The position numbers and the translations under genes are program-made. A stretch of DNA of 61,125 nucleotides, the filler included, from Sandaracinaceae bacterium (lineage in GTDB: Bacteria; Myxococcota_A; Polyangia; Polyangiales; JADJQN01), in the NCBI GenBank assembly GCA_947483975.1. It is 11 parts of 11 records of this genome, joined end to end, with 100 filler letters (N's around TTAATTAATTAA, not from the genome) between each part and the next. Parts side by side here need not be neighbours in the genome. Positions count along the whole stretch, not along the records: positions 1 to 5,559 come from CANKOL010000347.1; positions 5,660 to 11,189 come from CANKOL010000348.1; 9 more parts are not named here. One strand, written 5' to 3'. Positions 1 through 9,023 of this stretch are shown here, in pieces. A model generated the notes under the pieces. The model searched no databases, had not been told where the DNA came from, and worked only from the letters and a program-made list of their open reading frames with translations. Every line of letters begins with the position of its first letter. Position 1 is the stretch's first letter.

Positions 1-587
1 CCGAGGTGCGTGTTCGCGCGGGCGGGCGGGGCGGTGCGGGGCGGCTCGGGGAGGGCGCGTGCTCCGGAGCTTCGCGACGGCGCCGCGGGAACCTGCTGCT
101 CCATCTCCTGCGTCGGGGCGAGCGCCCGCGGATCGTGCCGCCCATCGGGCGGTCCCGGGCGACTCGAGGGGGCGTGGCTGTACGGCGCCTGCTGCTTGAC
201 GGTGGCGAAGCCCTGCTCGGTCTCGTCTCGGCGGCGCGGAGCCGCGCTCTTCGCTGCGCGCGCAGCCTGGAAGAACGTCTCGAGCTCGGCGATGTCGCCG
301 AGGCGCTTCCAGCCCTCGCCGGAGCGCGAGATCAGGTCCTCTTCGTGCAGCCCGCCCTCGGTGATCCGGCGCTGTAGATCGCGCAGCGTCGCGAGCGTCT
401 CCGTCGCGCCGTCCCGCCGCCGGATGGCCCAAGGGCGTGCCCCGGCGCTGTCAGCGCCCTGCGCCCCTGGCCGGAACACCTTGAAAAGATGCCCGCAATT
501 CGTGCACTTGACTGTCGTGCCCCGCTCGGAGACCAGCGTCTCGTCGAAGTCGTATTCGGTTCCACACCGTTCGCACGTAACGTCCAT
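1..587 (-). CDS. MJ0042-type zinc-ribbon protein with a following GYF_2-like segment (3' end runs off the window)
   Basis: Not in the ORF track. Manual translation from ATG 587 gives MDVTCERCGTEYDFDETLVSERGTTVKCTNCGHLFKVFR (two CxxC pairs), then WAIRRRDG...DLISRSGEGWKRLGDIAEL and a Pro-rich linker. Confidence 0.8.
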   Translation of the reverse strand, partial: MDVTCERCGTEYDFDETLVSERGTTVKCTNCGHLFKVFRPGAQGADSAGARPWAIRRRDGATETLATLRDLQRRITEGGLHEEDLISRSGEGWKRLGDIAELETFFQAARAAKSAAPRRRDETEQGFATVKQQAPYSHAPSSRPGPPDGRHDPRALAPTQEMEQQVPAAPSRSSGARALPEPPRTAPPARANTHL

Positions 588-694
588 GAGCGGCGTCAGC
601 TTATCTGCCACGTCGCTCGGTGTCGAACCTTGTCCACAGAGAGGCCTCGGACTATTTTGCCGCCGCGGACATCACGCCCGAGGAGACTGCGACC

Positions 695-1351
695 ATGCCC
701 GTATTGAAGGTGACCGAGGCGACGTTCGAGCGAGAGGTCCTCGCGGCTCAGCTGCCGGTCTTGATCGACCTGACGGCGTCGTGGTGTGAGCCCTGCAAAG
801 TGCTCTCGCCGATCGTCGCGCAGATCGCGCACGAGCTCGAAGGCAAGCTCAAGGTCGTCGAGATCGACGTCGATCGCAGCCCGAGGATCGCGCAGTCGTT
901 TCGGGTGCAGTCGATCCCGATGCTCGTGCTGATCTCGGGCGGACAGATCGTCGACCAATCGCTCGGCCTCGTCGACAAGGCGGCGATCCTCCAGATGGTC
1001 AAGCCGGTGCTGCCAGCGGCCGCAGACGAGGTCGCACCGAAGGACCTCGCGGAGCTGATCAAGCGCGCGCGCGTCGTACCGGTCGACGTGCGCGATGCCA
1101 GCTACTACGCCCGTTATCACATCCCCGGCGCGGTCAACGTGCCCGCGGCGGACGTGCTCACGCGCGCTCAAGAGCTGCTCCCGACCGACGGTCGGGTGCG
1201 CGTGCTTTACGGGCGCACCACGGAAGACGTGCGCGGACTCGCAGACAGCCTGCGTGCGCAGGGGGTCACCGTCGCTTTCCTCGCGGGCGGCTTCCTCCAT
1301 TGGGAGGCCGACGGCTTCGAGGTCGAGCGCGGGCTCCCCGGCGCGACTTGA
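695..1351 (+). CDS. Thioredoxin-rhodanese fusion protein
   Basis: AGGAG RBS at 681-685. WCEPC active site and SIP cis-Pro motif, then rhodanese motifs DVR..Y...HIPGA and LAGGF..W. Confidence 0.85.
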   Translation: MPVLKVTEATFEREVLAAQLPVLIDLTASWCEPCKVLSPIVAQIAHELEGKLKVVEIDVDRSPRIAQSFRVQSIPMLVLISGGQIVDQSLGLVDKAAILQMVKPVLPAAADEVAPKDLAELIKRARVVPVDVRDASYYARYHIPGAVNVPAADVLTRAQELLPTDGRVRVLYGRTTEDVRGLADSLRAQGVTVAFLAGGFLHWEADGFEVERGLPGAT

Positions 1352-1821
1352 CGCGCGTCCGATTGCCCGTGCTCGGCACGGCGGCGGAGCCTGCGCCCGA
1401 CCGTGAGCCGCGCTTCGATCGGTGTCTTCCCGAGGCGCTCCGGCCGGCGCCCGGCGCCCTCGTCGTGGTCGCGGGCGCCCGCGCCGCCCGTCGGCGTGCC
1501 GCAGCCGACTTCGCGCGAGCGCTCGAGGGCGAGGGCCTGCGCGTCGCGTCGCTCGAGGAGGCGCGCGCGGGGACGACCCGCGAGGACGTCGTGCGGGCGA
1601 TCAGCGCGCTCGCCACGGACACGGACGTCACGGTGGTCGAGGGCCATGCCTCGCTCGGCCTCTACCGCGCGACGCTCTCGGTCGTCGTCGGCGCGGTCGG
1701 TACAGACGCGGCGCTGCGACGGCTACGCGGGGTCGCGGACGTCGAGGTCGAGGAGGCGTCGGCGTCCCTCGTCGCGGCGCTCGCGGCGCTCGTCGCCAAG
1801 CGCGTGCTCGCGCGGCCTTGA
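1348..1821 (+). CDS. Hypothetical protein (possible degenerate P-loop/MobB-like fold)
   Basis: TTG start overlaps the upstream TGA; alternating beta/alpha pattern with DVTVVEG. Confidence 0.5.
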   Translation: MTRVRLPVLGTAAEPAPDREPRFDRCLPEALRPAPGALVVVAGARAARRRAAADFARALEGEGLRVASLEEARAGTTREDVVRAISALATDTDVTVVEGHASLGLYRATLSVVVGAVGTDAALRRLRGVADVEVEEASASLVAALAALVAKRVLARP

Positions 1822-1896
1822 GCGAGCGAGGGTTCAACTGTGGTCGGCTTCACAACTGCCTTTGCCCAACCCGCGCACGCAACGTATCCTCGCGGC

Positions 1897-2787
1897 GTGC
1901 CAACGACCGCCGCGCACGGCCTCCGCCTCCGCCTCGGAGCGGGTCTCCCCGTGATCTTCGACGGTGGGCTCACGTATGCGCTTCAGAAGCTAGGCTTCGT
2001 GCCGCCGGTGCCGCTCGGCTCAGGCGCGGCGTTGCGCGAGATGCCGGAGAACATCTCGGCGATCCATCGCGCCTATGTGGCGGCCGGCGTCCACGTGATT
2101 CGGGCGAACACCGCGTGCACGACGCCGCGGGTCCTGCGCAAGGTCGGCTACGAGTATCGCGCAGCCGCGCTGACCAACCGCGCCGTCGACCTCGCGATGG
2201 ACACGGTGCAAGAGGTGCCTGGCTCGGTCGCCGTCGCCGGGGTGATGTCCCCGCTCGAGGGGCGCGACGACCCGGACGCCACCCCGCCGGACAACGTCCT
2301 CCACGAGGAGCACGGCGAGCACGCGCAGCGCCTCCTGGCCGCGGGCTGCGACGCTCTCTACCTCGAGTCGATGCCGACGATGCGCGAGGCCGTCGCGGCG
2401 ACCGCTGCTGCCGTGCGGACCGGGCTGCCCACGTTCACGTCGTTCGCCGTCACCTTCGATCAGCACCTGCTCTCGGGTGACGATCTCGCGCTCGCTTCGC
2501 GCGCCGTCCGCGCCGCGGGCGCCGATGTCGTCTGCGTCAACGGCGGAGCGACGCTCGGCGAGGCGGAGCGCGCCGCCGCGGTAATCGCGCAGGTGGGCGT
2601 GCCATGGGGGTGTCTACCCGACCTGCCCGCGCGCGTCCGGCCGGACAAGTTCGTCGCCCAAGCGCTGAAGCTGTCAGCGCGCGGCGCCTCCGTGTTCGGC
2701 GGTTGTTGCGGCGTGACGCCGGAGGATCTCGCCGCGGTCGTCGAGGCGCTCGTGCCGCGCTTCGAAGGGCGCGACAGCATCTTCTGA
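1897..2787 (+). CDS. Homocysteine S-methyltransferase family protein
   Basis: IFDGG, IHRAYVAAG..VIRANT, LYLESM and C-terminal GGCCG zinc motif. Confidence 0.85.
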   Translation: MPTTAAHGLRLRLGAGLPVIFDGGLTYALQKLGFVPPVPLGSGAALREMPENISAIHRAYVAAGVHVIRANTACTTPRVLRKVGYEYRAAALTNRAVDLAMDTVQEVPGSVAVAGVMSPLEGRDDPDATPPDNVLHEEHGEHAQRLLAAGCDALYLESMPTMREAVAATAAAVRTGLPTFTSFAVTFDQHLLSGDDLALASRAVRAAGADVVCVNGGATLGEAERAAAVIAQVGVPWGCLPDLPARVRPDKFVAQALKLSARGASVFGGCCGVTPEDLAAVVEALVPRFEGRDSIF

Positions 2788-2792
2788 GGAGC

Positions 2793-2811
2793 GAGCCTCC
2801 TCGCGAGGCTC
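2793..2811. terminator. Hairpin between convergent genes
   Basis: GAGCCTC-ctcgc-GAGGCTC; no U-tract. Confidence 0.3.
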
Positions 2812-2839
2812 CACGCCGCTGAGCGCGACGGCGCCGTCG

Positions 2840-3970
2840 CTAGACGCCGGCGAGCACGCTGAGACCGCTCGCGACCTCGTCCGCGAGTCGCAGCACGATC
2901 TCCGCCGGGCCGCGGGACTCGACGAACGGCAGGCGCACGCGCGGCACGCTCGCGAGGTGGCGCGCGAGCACCTCGGACATCTGGTCCGCGGCGGAGGTGC
3001 GCGCCTCGCGCTCCGCCTCGATCTGTCGGATGGCCATCGCCAGGGCGGGCGGGGTCTGCGCGTCCGCGAGCAGCGCCGCAGCCCAGGCGCGCGGGGCGAC
3101 GTCGGCGCGGTTCAGCACCACGGCCGAGGGAGTGCGCCCGAGCTTCTCGAGCTTGCGCGCGAGAAAGCGGACGTCGGCGAGCGCGGAGCCGGTCGGCGCG
3201 GCGACGAGCACATAGCGCGAGGACTCCCCGAGCAGGAGCCGCGCGCTCTGATTGGCGAGCCCCGCGAAGCGCTCGCGCACGCGGAGCATCTCCGAGAAGA
3301 GGCTCGTCAGATCGAGCACGAGGCGCCCGCCGAGCCCGCGCGCGAGGGCGGCTTCCGCGGTCTTGCGGGCGAGCCCTGCGGCAGCGCCCTCGGTCTCGTG
3401 CACGCCGCTGCGGTCCGCGAGTGAGCCGAAGAAGCCGAGCGCGCGGCTCTCGAGCAGCGCAGCGAGGCGCGGGGGATACGAGACGAAGTCGAGCGCATAG
3501 CGCGAGGGCGCGGTGTCGACGATGACGTAGTCGAACGTGTGCTCGCTCGCCGCGCGCGCGACGAGCGTCATGCAGACGAGCTCGTGCATCCCCGCGAGCG
3601 CATCGGAGAGCGCGAGAAACAGGCGGTTCGAGAAGAGCCGCTCGAGCGACGCAGGCTCGTCGCGGAAGAGAAACTCCATGAAGGTGCGCGTCGACGCCTG
3701 GGGCTCGGGCATCAGCGCCCAGAGTCGATCCCCCGTCGACGGATCGACGTGCACGACGTGCGGGAGCGGACCGATCGTGACCCCGAGCGCGTCCGCGAGG
3801 CGGCGCGCTGGGTCGATCGTGACGACGAGCGTGCGGAGGCCCTTGCGCGCGAGGGCGAGCGCGAGGGCCGCGGAGGTCGTGGTCTTGCCGACGCCGCCGC
3901 CTCCCGCGCAGACGATCACGCGCGGCTCGCGCGGCGCCGGGTGTGGGGGCTGTGAGGGGCGGGCGCTCAT
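2840..3970 (-). CDS. ArsA/Get3-family ATPase (BagB/Rv3680-like subunit)
   Basis: CAGGGGVGKTT P-loop, TIDPARRLADALG switch I, VDTAP switch II, VLNR. Confidence 0.85.
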   Translation of the reverse strand: MSARPSQPPHPAPREPRVIVCAGGGGVGKTTTSAALALALARKGLRTLVVTIDPARRLADALGVTIGPLPHVVHVDPSTGDRLWALMPEPQASTRTFMEFLFRDEPASLERLFSNRLFLALSDALAGMHELVCMTLVARAASEHTFDYVIVDTAPSRYALDFVSYPPRLAALLESRALGFFGSLADRSGVHETEGAAAGLARKTAEAALARGLGGRLVLDLTSLFSEMLRVRERFAGLANQSARLLLGESSRYVLVAAPTGSALADVRFLARKLEKLGRTPSAVVLNRADVAPRAWAAALLADAQTPPALAMAIRQIEAEREARTSAADQMSEVLARHLASVPRVRLPFVESRGPAEIVLRLADEVASGLSVLAGV

Positions 3971-4902
3971 GGCAGCGCGCCTCCCGCGAGGAGCCAGTCG
4001 GCGACCTGCTTCGCGCTCGGGTCGATCGGCGACTCAGGCAGCAGCACGGGCACGAGCGCTGGGCCGCTCGTCTTGGCGTCGTCGAGCGCCGCGAGCGCCT
4101 CGCGTCGGGCGACCTCGCGCGCGGCGAGGACGTCGGCGAGCGCACGGGCAGCGGCGGCGAGCGGCTGCTTCCCCTCGCCGAGCGTGCGCGCCTCGAGGAC
4201 CGCCTCGTGCGCGATCTCCGAGGGCATTCGGTTGACGATCAGGCGCGCCGCGGGCAGCCCCACGACGTTCTCCATCGCCTCGCAGAGCTCGAGCGTCTCC
4301 TTCAGCACGAGCTTCTCCGGTAGGGTCACGACGACGGGCGAGCAACGCCCAGGCGAGACGAGCTCCCGCACGACGCGGTCGCAGAGCTCGAAGAACGGCC
4401 CCGCCTGCGAGACCTCGCGCAGCTGCTTCGGCACGCGCAGCCACGCGATCCCGTGCCCCGTCGCGGGCATGTCGACGATCACATAACGGTCGGGCTTGTC
4501 CGCGGCGACGAGCCGAATGCACTCGAGCATCGCGAGCTCGCGCAGCGCCGGAGCGGCCTTGAGCATCCGCTTGACGGCGAAATTGCCGAGCGCGATCTTC
4601 GCGAACAAGCCGGAGCCGAAGAGCGGCGAGGCCGCGCGCGTCAGCGCCTCGTCAGGCTTGATGACGATGTGATCGACGCCCCGCTGCTTGCCGAGCGCGC
4701 GCAGGCCGGACTCGCCGTCTCCGAACTCGACCAGCGCCGCTCGACCGTGCCGCGCGGCCTGCGCCACGGCGAGCCCCGCGGAGACGGTCGTCTTGCCGAC
4801 GCCGCCTTTCCCGGTGACGAGCACCACGCGCGCGAGGGGCGGGCGGACGATGGGCGCGGTCGCAGACTGTGTAGACGCGCTCGCGCCTGGAGGGTTGCTC
4901 AC
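3967..4902 (-). CDS. ArsA/Get3-family ATPase (BagA/Rv3679-like subunit)
   Basis: TGKGGVGKTT, VDMPATGHG, VTLPEKL, IVNR. GTG start at 4902 overlaps the upstream stop; ATGA overlap with the next gene. Confidence 0.85.
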   Translation of the reverse strand: MSNPPGASASTQSATAPIVRPPLARVVLVTGKGGVGKTTVSAGLAVAQAARHGRAALVEFGDGESGLRALGKQRGVDHIVIKPDEALTRAASPLFGSGLFAKIALGNFAVKRMLKAAPALRELAMLECIRLVAADKPDRYVIVDMPATGHGIAWLRVPKQLREVSQAGPFFELCDRVVRELVSPGRCSPVVVTLPEKLVLKETLELCEAMENVVGLPAARLIVNRMPSEIAHEAVLEARTLGEGKQPLAAAARALADVLAAREVARREALAALDDAKTSGPALVPVLLPESPIDPSAKQVADWLLAGGALP

Positions 4903-5559
4903 GGAATCCTTGCCTGAATGCCCCCGGTCACGTCGCCGATGAAGTTGAGCGCGTTGAGGAAGTGAATGCCGACGCCGAGCTGCGCGTAGAGCCCGAGGTA
5001 GCGAAGTACGTCCACCATCACGCCGAACTCCCCGCGGAGCCCGAGATCGAAAGAGCTGTAGTCCGGCACGTCCGAGGCGGTGAAGTCGACCATCGCGCGC
5101 GCGCCGAAGAAGAGCTTGACCATCGTGTGCGGCGAGCTGAAGGCGCGCACCCCGAGCCCGAGCAGGAGCGGGAGCGCCTGCGCCGCGGCGTCGTCGGCGA
5201 GCCCGAAGCGGCCGAGCACCGAGAGCTCGATCTTGTCGCTGACGCCGAAGCCGAGCTCGACGTCGAGCAGGCCCGTCCCAACGCGCCGACAGAACGCCTC
5301 GCCGGCCGTGCCGCACGACGGGCCGTTGGCGTATTTGATCGAGAAGCGTCCATCGACGCCGGCGCCGACGCGCAGGCCGACCTGCCAGCGGTGCGAGAGG
5401 CTGTCGGCCGGACGCGCATCGGGGTCGGTCGCGCGTCGCCTCGTGCTGGGCGCGCTCTGTCCCTCGGCAGCGCGCTGGTCGGCCATGAGGTCGGCGTGCT
5501 CGTCGACGGGCGCGGCGGCGGGCGCGGCGGCGGAGTCGGTCGCGGGCGCTTCGGCGTCG
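4899..5559 (-). CDS. Small outer-membrane beta-barrel protein (5' truncated by contig end)
   Basis: About eight amphipathic beta strands with alternating Gly/aromatic residues, one Cys pair in a loop, terminal strand GGIQARIP. Confidence 0.6.
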
Positions 5560-5659
5560 NNNNNNNNNNNNNNNNNNNNNNNNNNNNNNNNNNNNNNNNN
5601 NNNTTAATTAATTAANNNNNNNNNNNNNNNNNNNNNNNNNNNNNNNNNNNNNNNNNNNN
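5560..5659. other. Artificial contig linker
   Basis: N44-TTAATTAATTAA-N44. Confidence 0.99.
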
Positions 5660-7597
5660 CGCCGCTTCGGCGCGCACGCGCACAGCACCGCGGCAGCCGA
5701 CGAGGCGCGCGCGGCCGACCCGACGGCGACCTCCAGCGTCGTCACCGTGGACCCGAACGCCGGCGGGCAGACGACGCTCGACGCGCTCGTGCTCGAGATG
5801 CCCGGCGCGCGCGCGCGGCGCACTGGCGCGTACGGCGCGCCATCGCTGCTCTCGATCCGCGGCGCGGAGCCGCGGCACAACGTCGTGCTGCTCGGCGACG
5901 TGCCGCTCGACGGCGTCGACGACGGCGGGCTCGATCTCTCGACGATCCCCGCGTCGATGCTCGACCGCGTCGAGGTGTGGCGAGGCGGCGCGCCGGCATG
6001 GTGGAGCGCGGGCACGATCGGCGGCGTCGTGCGCCTCGTGCCGCGGGAACCGCGCGAGACGGGCGGCGCGCTCAGCCTGAGCGTCGGCTCGTTCGGGCTG
6101 TACTCGGCGCAGGTCTCCGCGTCGGCAGCGCCCCACGGCGCGCGCGGGCTGCGCACGATGGCCGTCGCGGGCGTCACGCAGAGCACCGGCGACTTCTCCT
6201 ACGTCGACGATCGCAACACGCTCTTCGACCGCTCCGACGACGTCACGCGCCTCCGCGCCAACGGGCAGCTGACCCAGAGCTTCGGCATGATTCGGCTGCG
6301 CGCGCCGGTCCTCGGCGGCGACCTCGACGTCGTCGCGCTCGGCCTCGGTCGCGCAGGCGGCGTGCCCGGGCAGGCGCTCCGGCCGACGACGGAAACGCGC
6401 CGCTCCCTCGCGCGCGCGGTGCTCGCCTCGTCGTGGACGCGCGCCTTCGAGGAGGACGACGGCGAGCGCGTCGGACGGTTACAGTTCGCGCTGTCAGCGT
6501 CCCACGAGCGCGCGCGCTTAAGCGATCTGTACGGAGAAATTGGGCTGCTGCGACGGGCGACGGACGATCGGCTGACGCGCGCCGGGCTGCGCGTCGCCGC
6601 CGAGCGCAGGCTGAGCGCATGGCTCGGCGTGACGGCGCTCGCCTCGTATCGCGTCGAGTCGCTCGTGCCCGAGGACGCGCTCGCCGCGCTGCCGAACCAG
6701 GCGTCCCTGCGGCAGACGGGCGCGCTCGCGCTGGAGCTGCCGCTGCGCTTCGAGACGCACAGCGTCGTCGTCGAGCTGCGCCCGTCGGCCCGCCTCGAGC
6801 TCGCGCGCGCGTCGCTCGCGTCCATCCGCGTCGAGGACGGCGCCGCGCCCATCGCCAACGACTACCTGGTCCCGACCGCGCGGCTCGGCGCCATCGTCGC
6901 GCCCTCGCGCGCGCTCGCCGTGACGGCCGCCATCGCCTACGGCACGCGGCTGCCGACGATGCTCGAGCTCTTCGGCGATCGCGGCTGGCTCAAGAGCGCC
7001 GTGGGGCTGCGCCCGGAGCGCGGCGTCAGCGCGGAGCTTGGCGCCCGCGTGCGCGCGCAGCGCGGCCTTTGGAGAGTGCGCGGCGAGGTGCACGCGTTCG
7101 TGCGCGAGGACCGCGACTTCATCAGCTATCAGCGCACCTCGCAGTTTCAAGCGGAGGCGCGCAACCTCGACCGGGCGCGCACGCGCGGGCTCGAGGTCGC
7201 GCTCGACGCGGGGCTCGCGCGCTATGTGTCGCTCGTCTCCGCGCTCACCTTGCTCGACGCCGTCGACACGACGCGCGGTCGCGCGCTGCCGCTCCGCCCC
7301 GCGACGCAGCTCTACGCGCGCCTCTCCGGGCGCGTGCCGCGCCTCGGTCCAGTCGAGTCGATCGAGCCGTCCTTCGACGTCACCTACGTCGGTCAATCCG
7401 CGGCCGACCAGGCGAACCTCGCGCTGATCCCCGCGCGCACCGTGCTCGGCTGCGGGCTCGCCGTGACCTGGCACGCGCCGCACGCCGTGCTCGCGTTCAC
7501 GGCGACCGACCTCGCCGACGTGCGCGGCCAAGATCTGCTCGGCTTTCCGTTGCCGGGGCGCACGCTCGCGCTGACGCTGACGCTGCGCACGGACTGA
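5660..7597 (+). CDS. TonB-dependent receptor, probably BtuB-like cobalamin transporter (5' truncated)
   Basis: Plug motifs SIRG, DLSTIP..LDRVEVWRGG, GTIGGVV; barrel motifs RLPTMLELFG, LRPERG, NLDRARTRGLE; C-terminal GFPLPGR. Lies beside a cobalamin riboswitch. Confidence 0.85.
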   Translation, partial: RRFGAHAHSTAAADEARAADPTATSSVVTVDPNAGGQTTLDALVLEMPGARARRTGAYGAPSLLSIRGAEPRHNVVLLGDVPLDGVDDGGLDLSTIPASMLDRVEVWRGGAPAWWSAGTIGGVVRLVPREPRETGGALSLSVGSFGLYSAQVSASAAPHGARGLRTMAVAGVTQSTGDFSYVDDRNTLFDRSDDVTRLRANGQLTQSFGMIRLRAPVLGGDLDVVALGLGRAGGVPGQALRPTTETRRSLARAVLASSWTRAFEEDDGERVGRLQFALSASHERARLSDLYGEIGLLRRATDDRLTRAGLRVAAERRLSAWLGVTALASYRVESLVPEDALAALPNQASLRQTGALALELPLRFETHSVVVELRPSARLELARASLASIRVEDGAAPIANDYLVPTARLGAIVAPSRALAVTAAIAYGTRLPTMLELFGDRGWLKSAVGLRPERGVSAELGARVRAQRGLWRVRGEVHAFVREDRDFISYQRTSQFQAEARNLDRARTRGLEVALDAGLARYVSLVSALTLLDAVDTTRGRALPLRPATQLYARLSGRVPRLGPVESIEPSFDVTYVGQSAADQANLALIPARTVLGCGLAVTWHAPHAVLAFTATDLADVRGQDLLGFPLPGRTLALTLTLRTD

Positions 7598-7608
7598 GCG
7601 CCGCGCGA

Positions 7609-8562
7609 CTACCAGCGCGGGTCGGCGAGGGCGCGCGCGCAGACCTCACGCAGCGCGCTCGAGAGCGCCGGGCCGAGCGTCGGTTCGTCGACGAAGCCGC
7701 GCGCGTCGGCCGCGGTGATCGTGCCCGCCATGATGCACGAGGCGAGGTACGCGCCGCGCAGCGAGGGGTGAGAGCCGTCCGCCTCGTAGAGCGCGACGAA
7801 GTCGCTCCCCGCCGCGAGCGGCTCTGCGCCGGTGAGCGTCACGTCCTCGAAGACGGTGCGAAAGCCCCCGCCGACTGGCGCGACGAGCACCTCCGAGCCT
7901 TCCGTGCGCAGCCGCGCCGCGAGCGCGAGATAGCCAGTATCCAGCTGGTCTTGCATGCCTGTATACGTGCCATATCCAATACCCGCGTTCGTGGGGTCGC
8001 CGTGCTGATATCCCCACGTCAGATAGAGCACGACTGTCGCCCCGCGCGCCGTCGCGAGCGCCGCCAACTCCGACGCACCCGCGACCGACGCCGCGCGATC
8101 CGGCGAGCCCTCGGGGAAGCCGCCGATCTGGCTCTGCTCCTGCAAAACGACCGCGTCGAACGCCGTCTCCGCCGCCGTGCCGGTGCGCAGCCAGCGCGCG
8201 AGCGGAGTGCCATCCATCCGCGCGTCCGCCGCGTGCTGCGTCAGCCGATAGCCGCCCGCCGTGACCGACTCGACGCGGACGTCGGGCGACAGCGCGCTGA
8301 CGAGCGAGCGGTAGTGCCCGGGCAGGTCGTTCACGTACGTATAGCTATTGCCGATGAAGAGCGTGTCGAAGCGCACCGTCGGCGCAGACGCATCCACGCC
8401 GCCATCCGTCATCGCGTCGAGCGCGCCCCCGTCGAGCGGAATGCCTGAGTCGGCCACGAGACCCGCGTCGGGGCTCGCAGGGCTCGCAGCAGAGCCGCAC
8501 GCAGCGGTCAGGAGGAGCGCGGCGCAGAGCAGCGCGAAAGGCGAAGTATGGGAGCGCGTCAC
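7609..8562 (-). CDS. SGNH/GDSL hydrolase-family lipoprotein
   Basis: Lipobox LLLTAAC; FIGNSYT (block I), VVLQEQS, DGSHPS (block V). Confidence 0.8.
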   Translation of the reverse strand: MTRSHTSPFALLCAALLLTAACGSAASPASPDAGLVADSGIPLDGGALDAMTDGGVDASAPTVRFDTLFIGNSYTYVNDLPGHYRSLVSALSPDVRVESVTAGGYRLTQHAADARMDGTPLARWLRTGTAAETAFDAVVLQEQSQIGGFPEGSPDRAASVAGASELAALATARGATVVLYLTWGYQHGDPTNAGIGYGTYTGMQDQLDTGYLALAARLRTEGSEVLVAPVGGGFRTVFEDVTLTGAEPLAAGSDFVALYEADGSHPSLRGAYLASCIMAGTITAADARGFVDEPTLGPALSSALREVCARALADPRW

Positions 8563-8756
8563 GTGGAGCGAGTGTCAGGCATTGCGCGCGCGGCGGGAAG
8601 GGGACTGCGGGGCGTCGGGAGGAGGTGCGGCGCTACGGGAGCGGGAAGCGCCCGGCAAGGTCCCGCGCGCGCTCGTTGACACCGCGGCGGCGCTCCTCTA
8701 GACCGTTGCCTCCACGAGAGGTCCGCACTCAGAGACACGCTCATCTACACCACGAA

Positions 8757-8941
8757 CGTGCGGTCACCTACGGGTGCGAAGAGGGAAGTCGGTGCACGGC
8801 GCGAGCTGTGGATTCCGCCGCGGCCCCCGCCACTGTGACCGGGGACTCGTGCGCGAAGACAGCCACTGGCAGCGCGGGAGACCGCGACGCTGGGAAGGCC
8901 GCGCAGGGGGACGATCCGGGAGCCAGGAGACCTGCCGCGCG
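8757..8941 (+). ncRNA. Cobalamin (B12) riboswitch
   Basis: Conserved blocks in the expected order: AGGGAA (8782), CGGTG..ATTCCG, CCCGCCACTGT (~8826-8836), GCCACTGG (8862), GGGAAGGC (8892), B12 box AGCCAGGAGACCTGCC (8921-8936). P1 is GTGCGG/CCGCGC. Confidence 0.95.
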
Positions 8942-9023
8942 ATTCGACGCGAGCGCCGCTGCCCATCGAGGGCGCGGCGCGCGTGTGACCGGAGGCTGCG
9001 GGGAGCGGCTTCGCGAGGTCCCC

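Noticed and set aside
2840..4902. Arsenic resistance operon
   Set aside because: No arsB/acr3/arsC/arsR nearby, and the motif pattern fits the BagAB/Get3-like clade.
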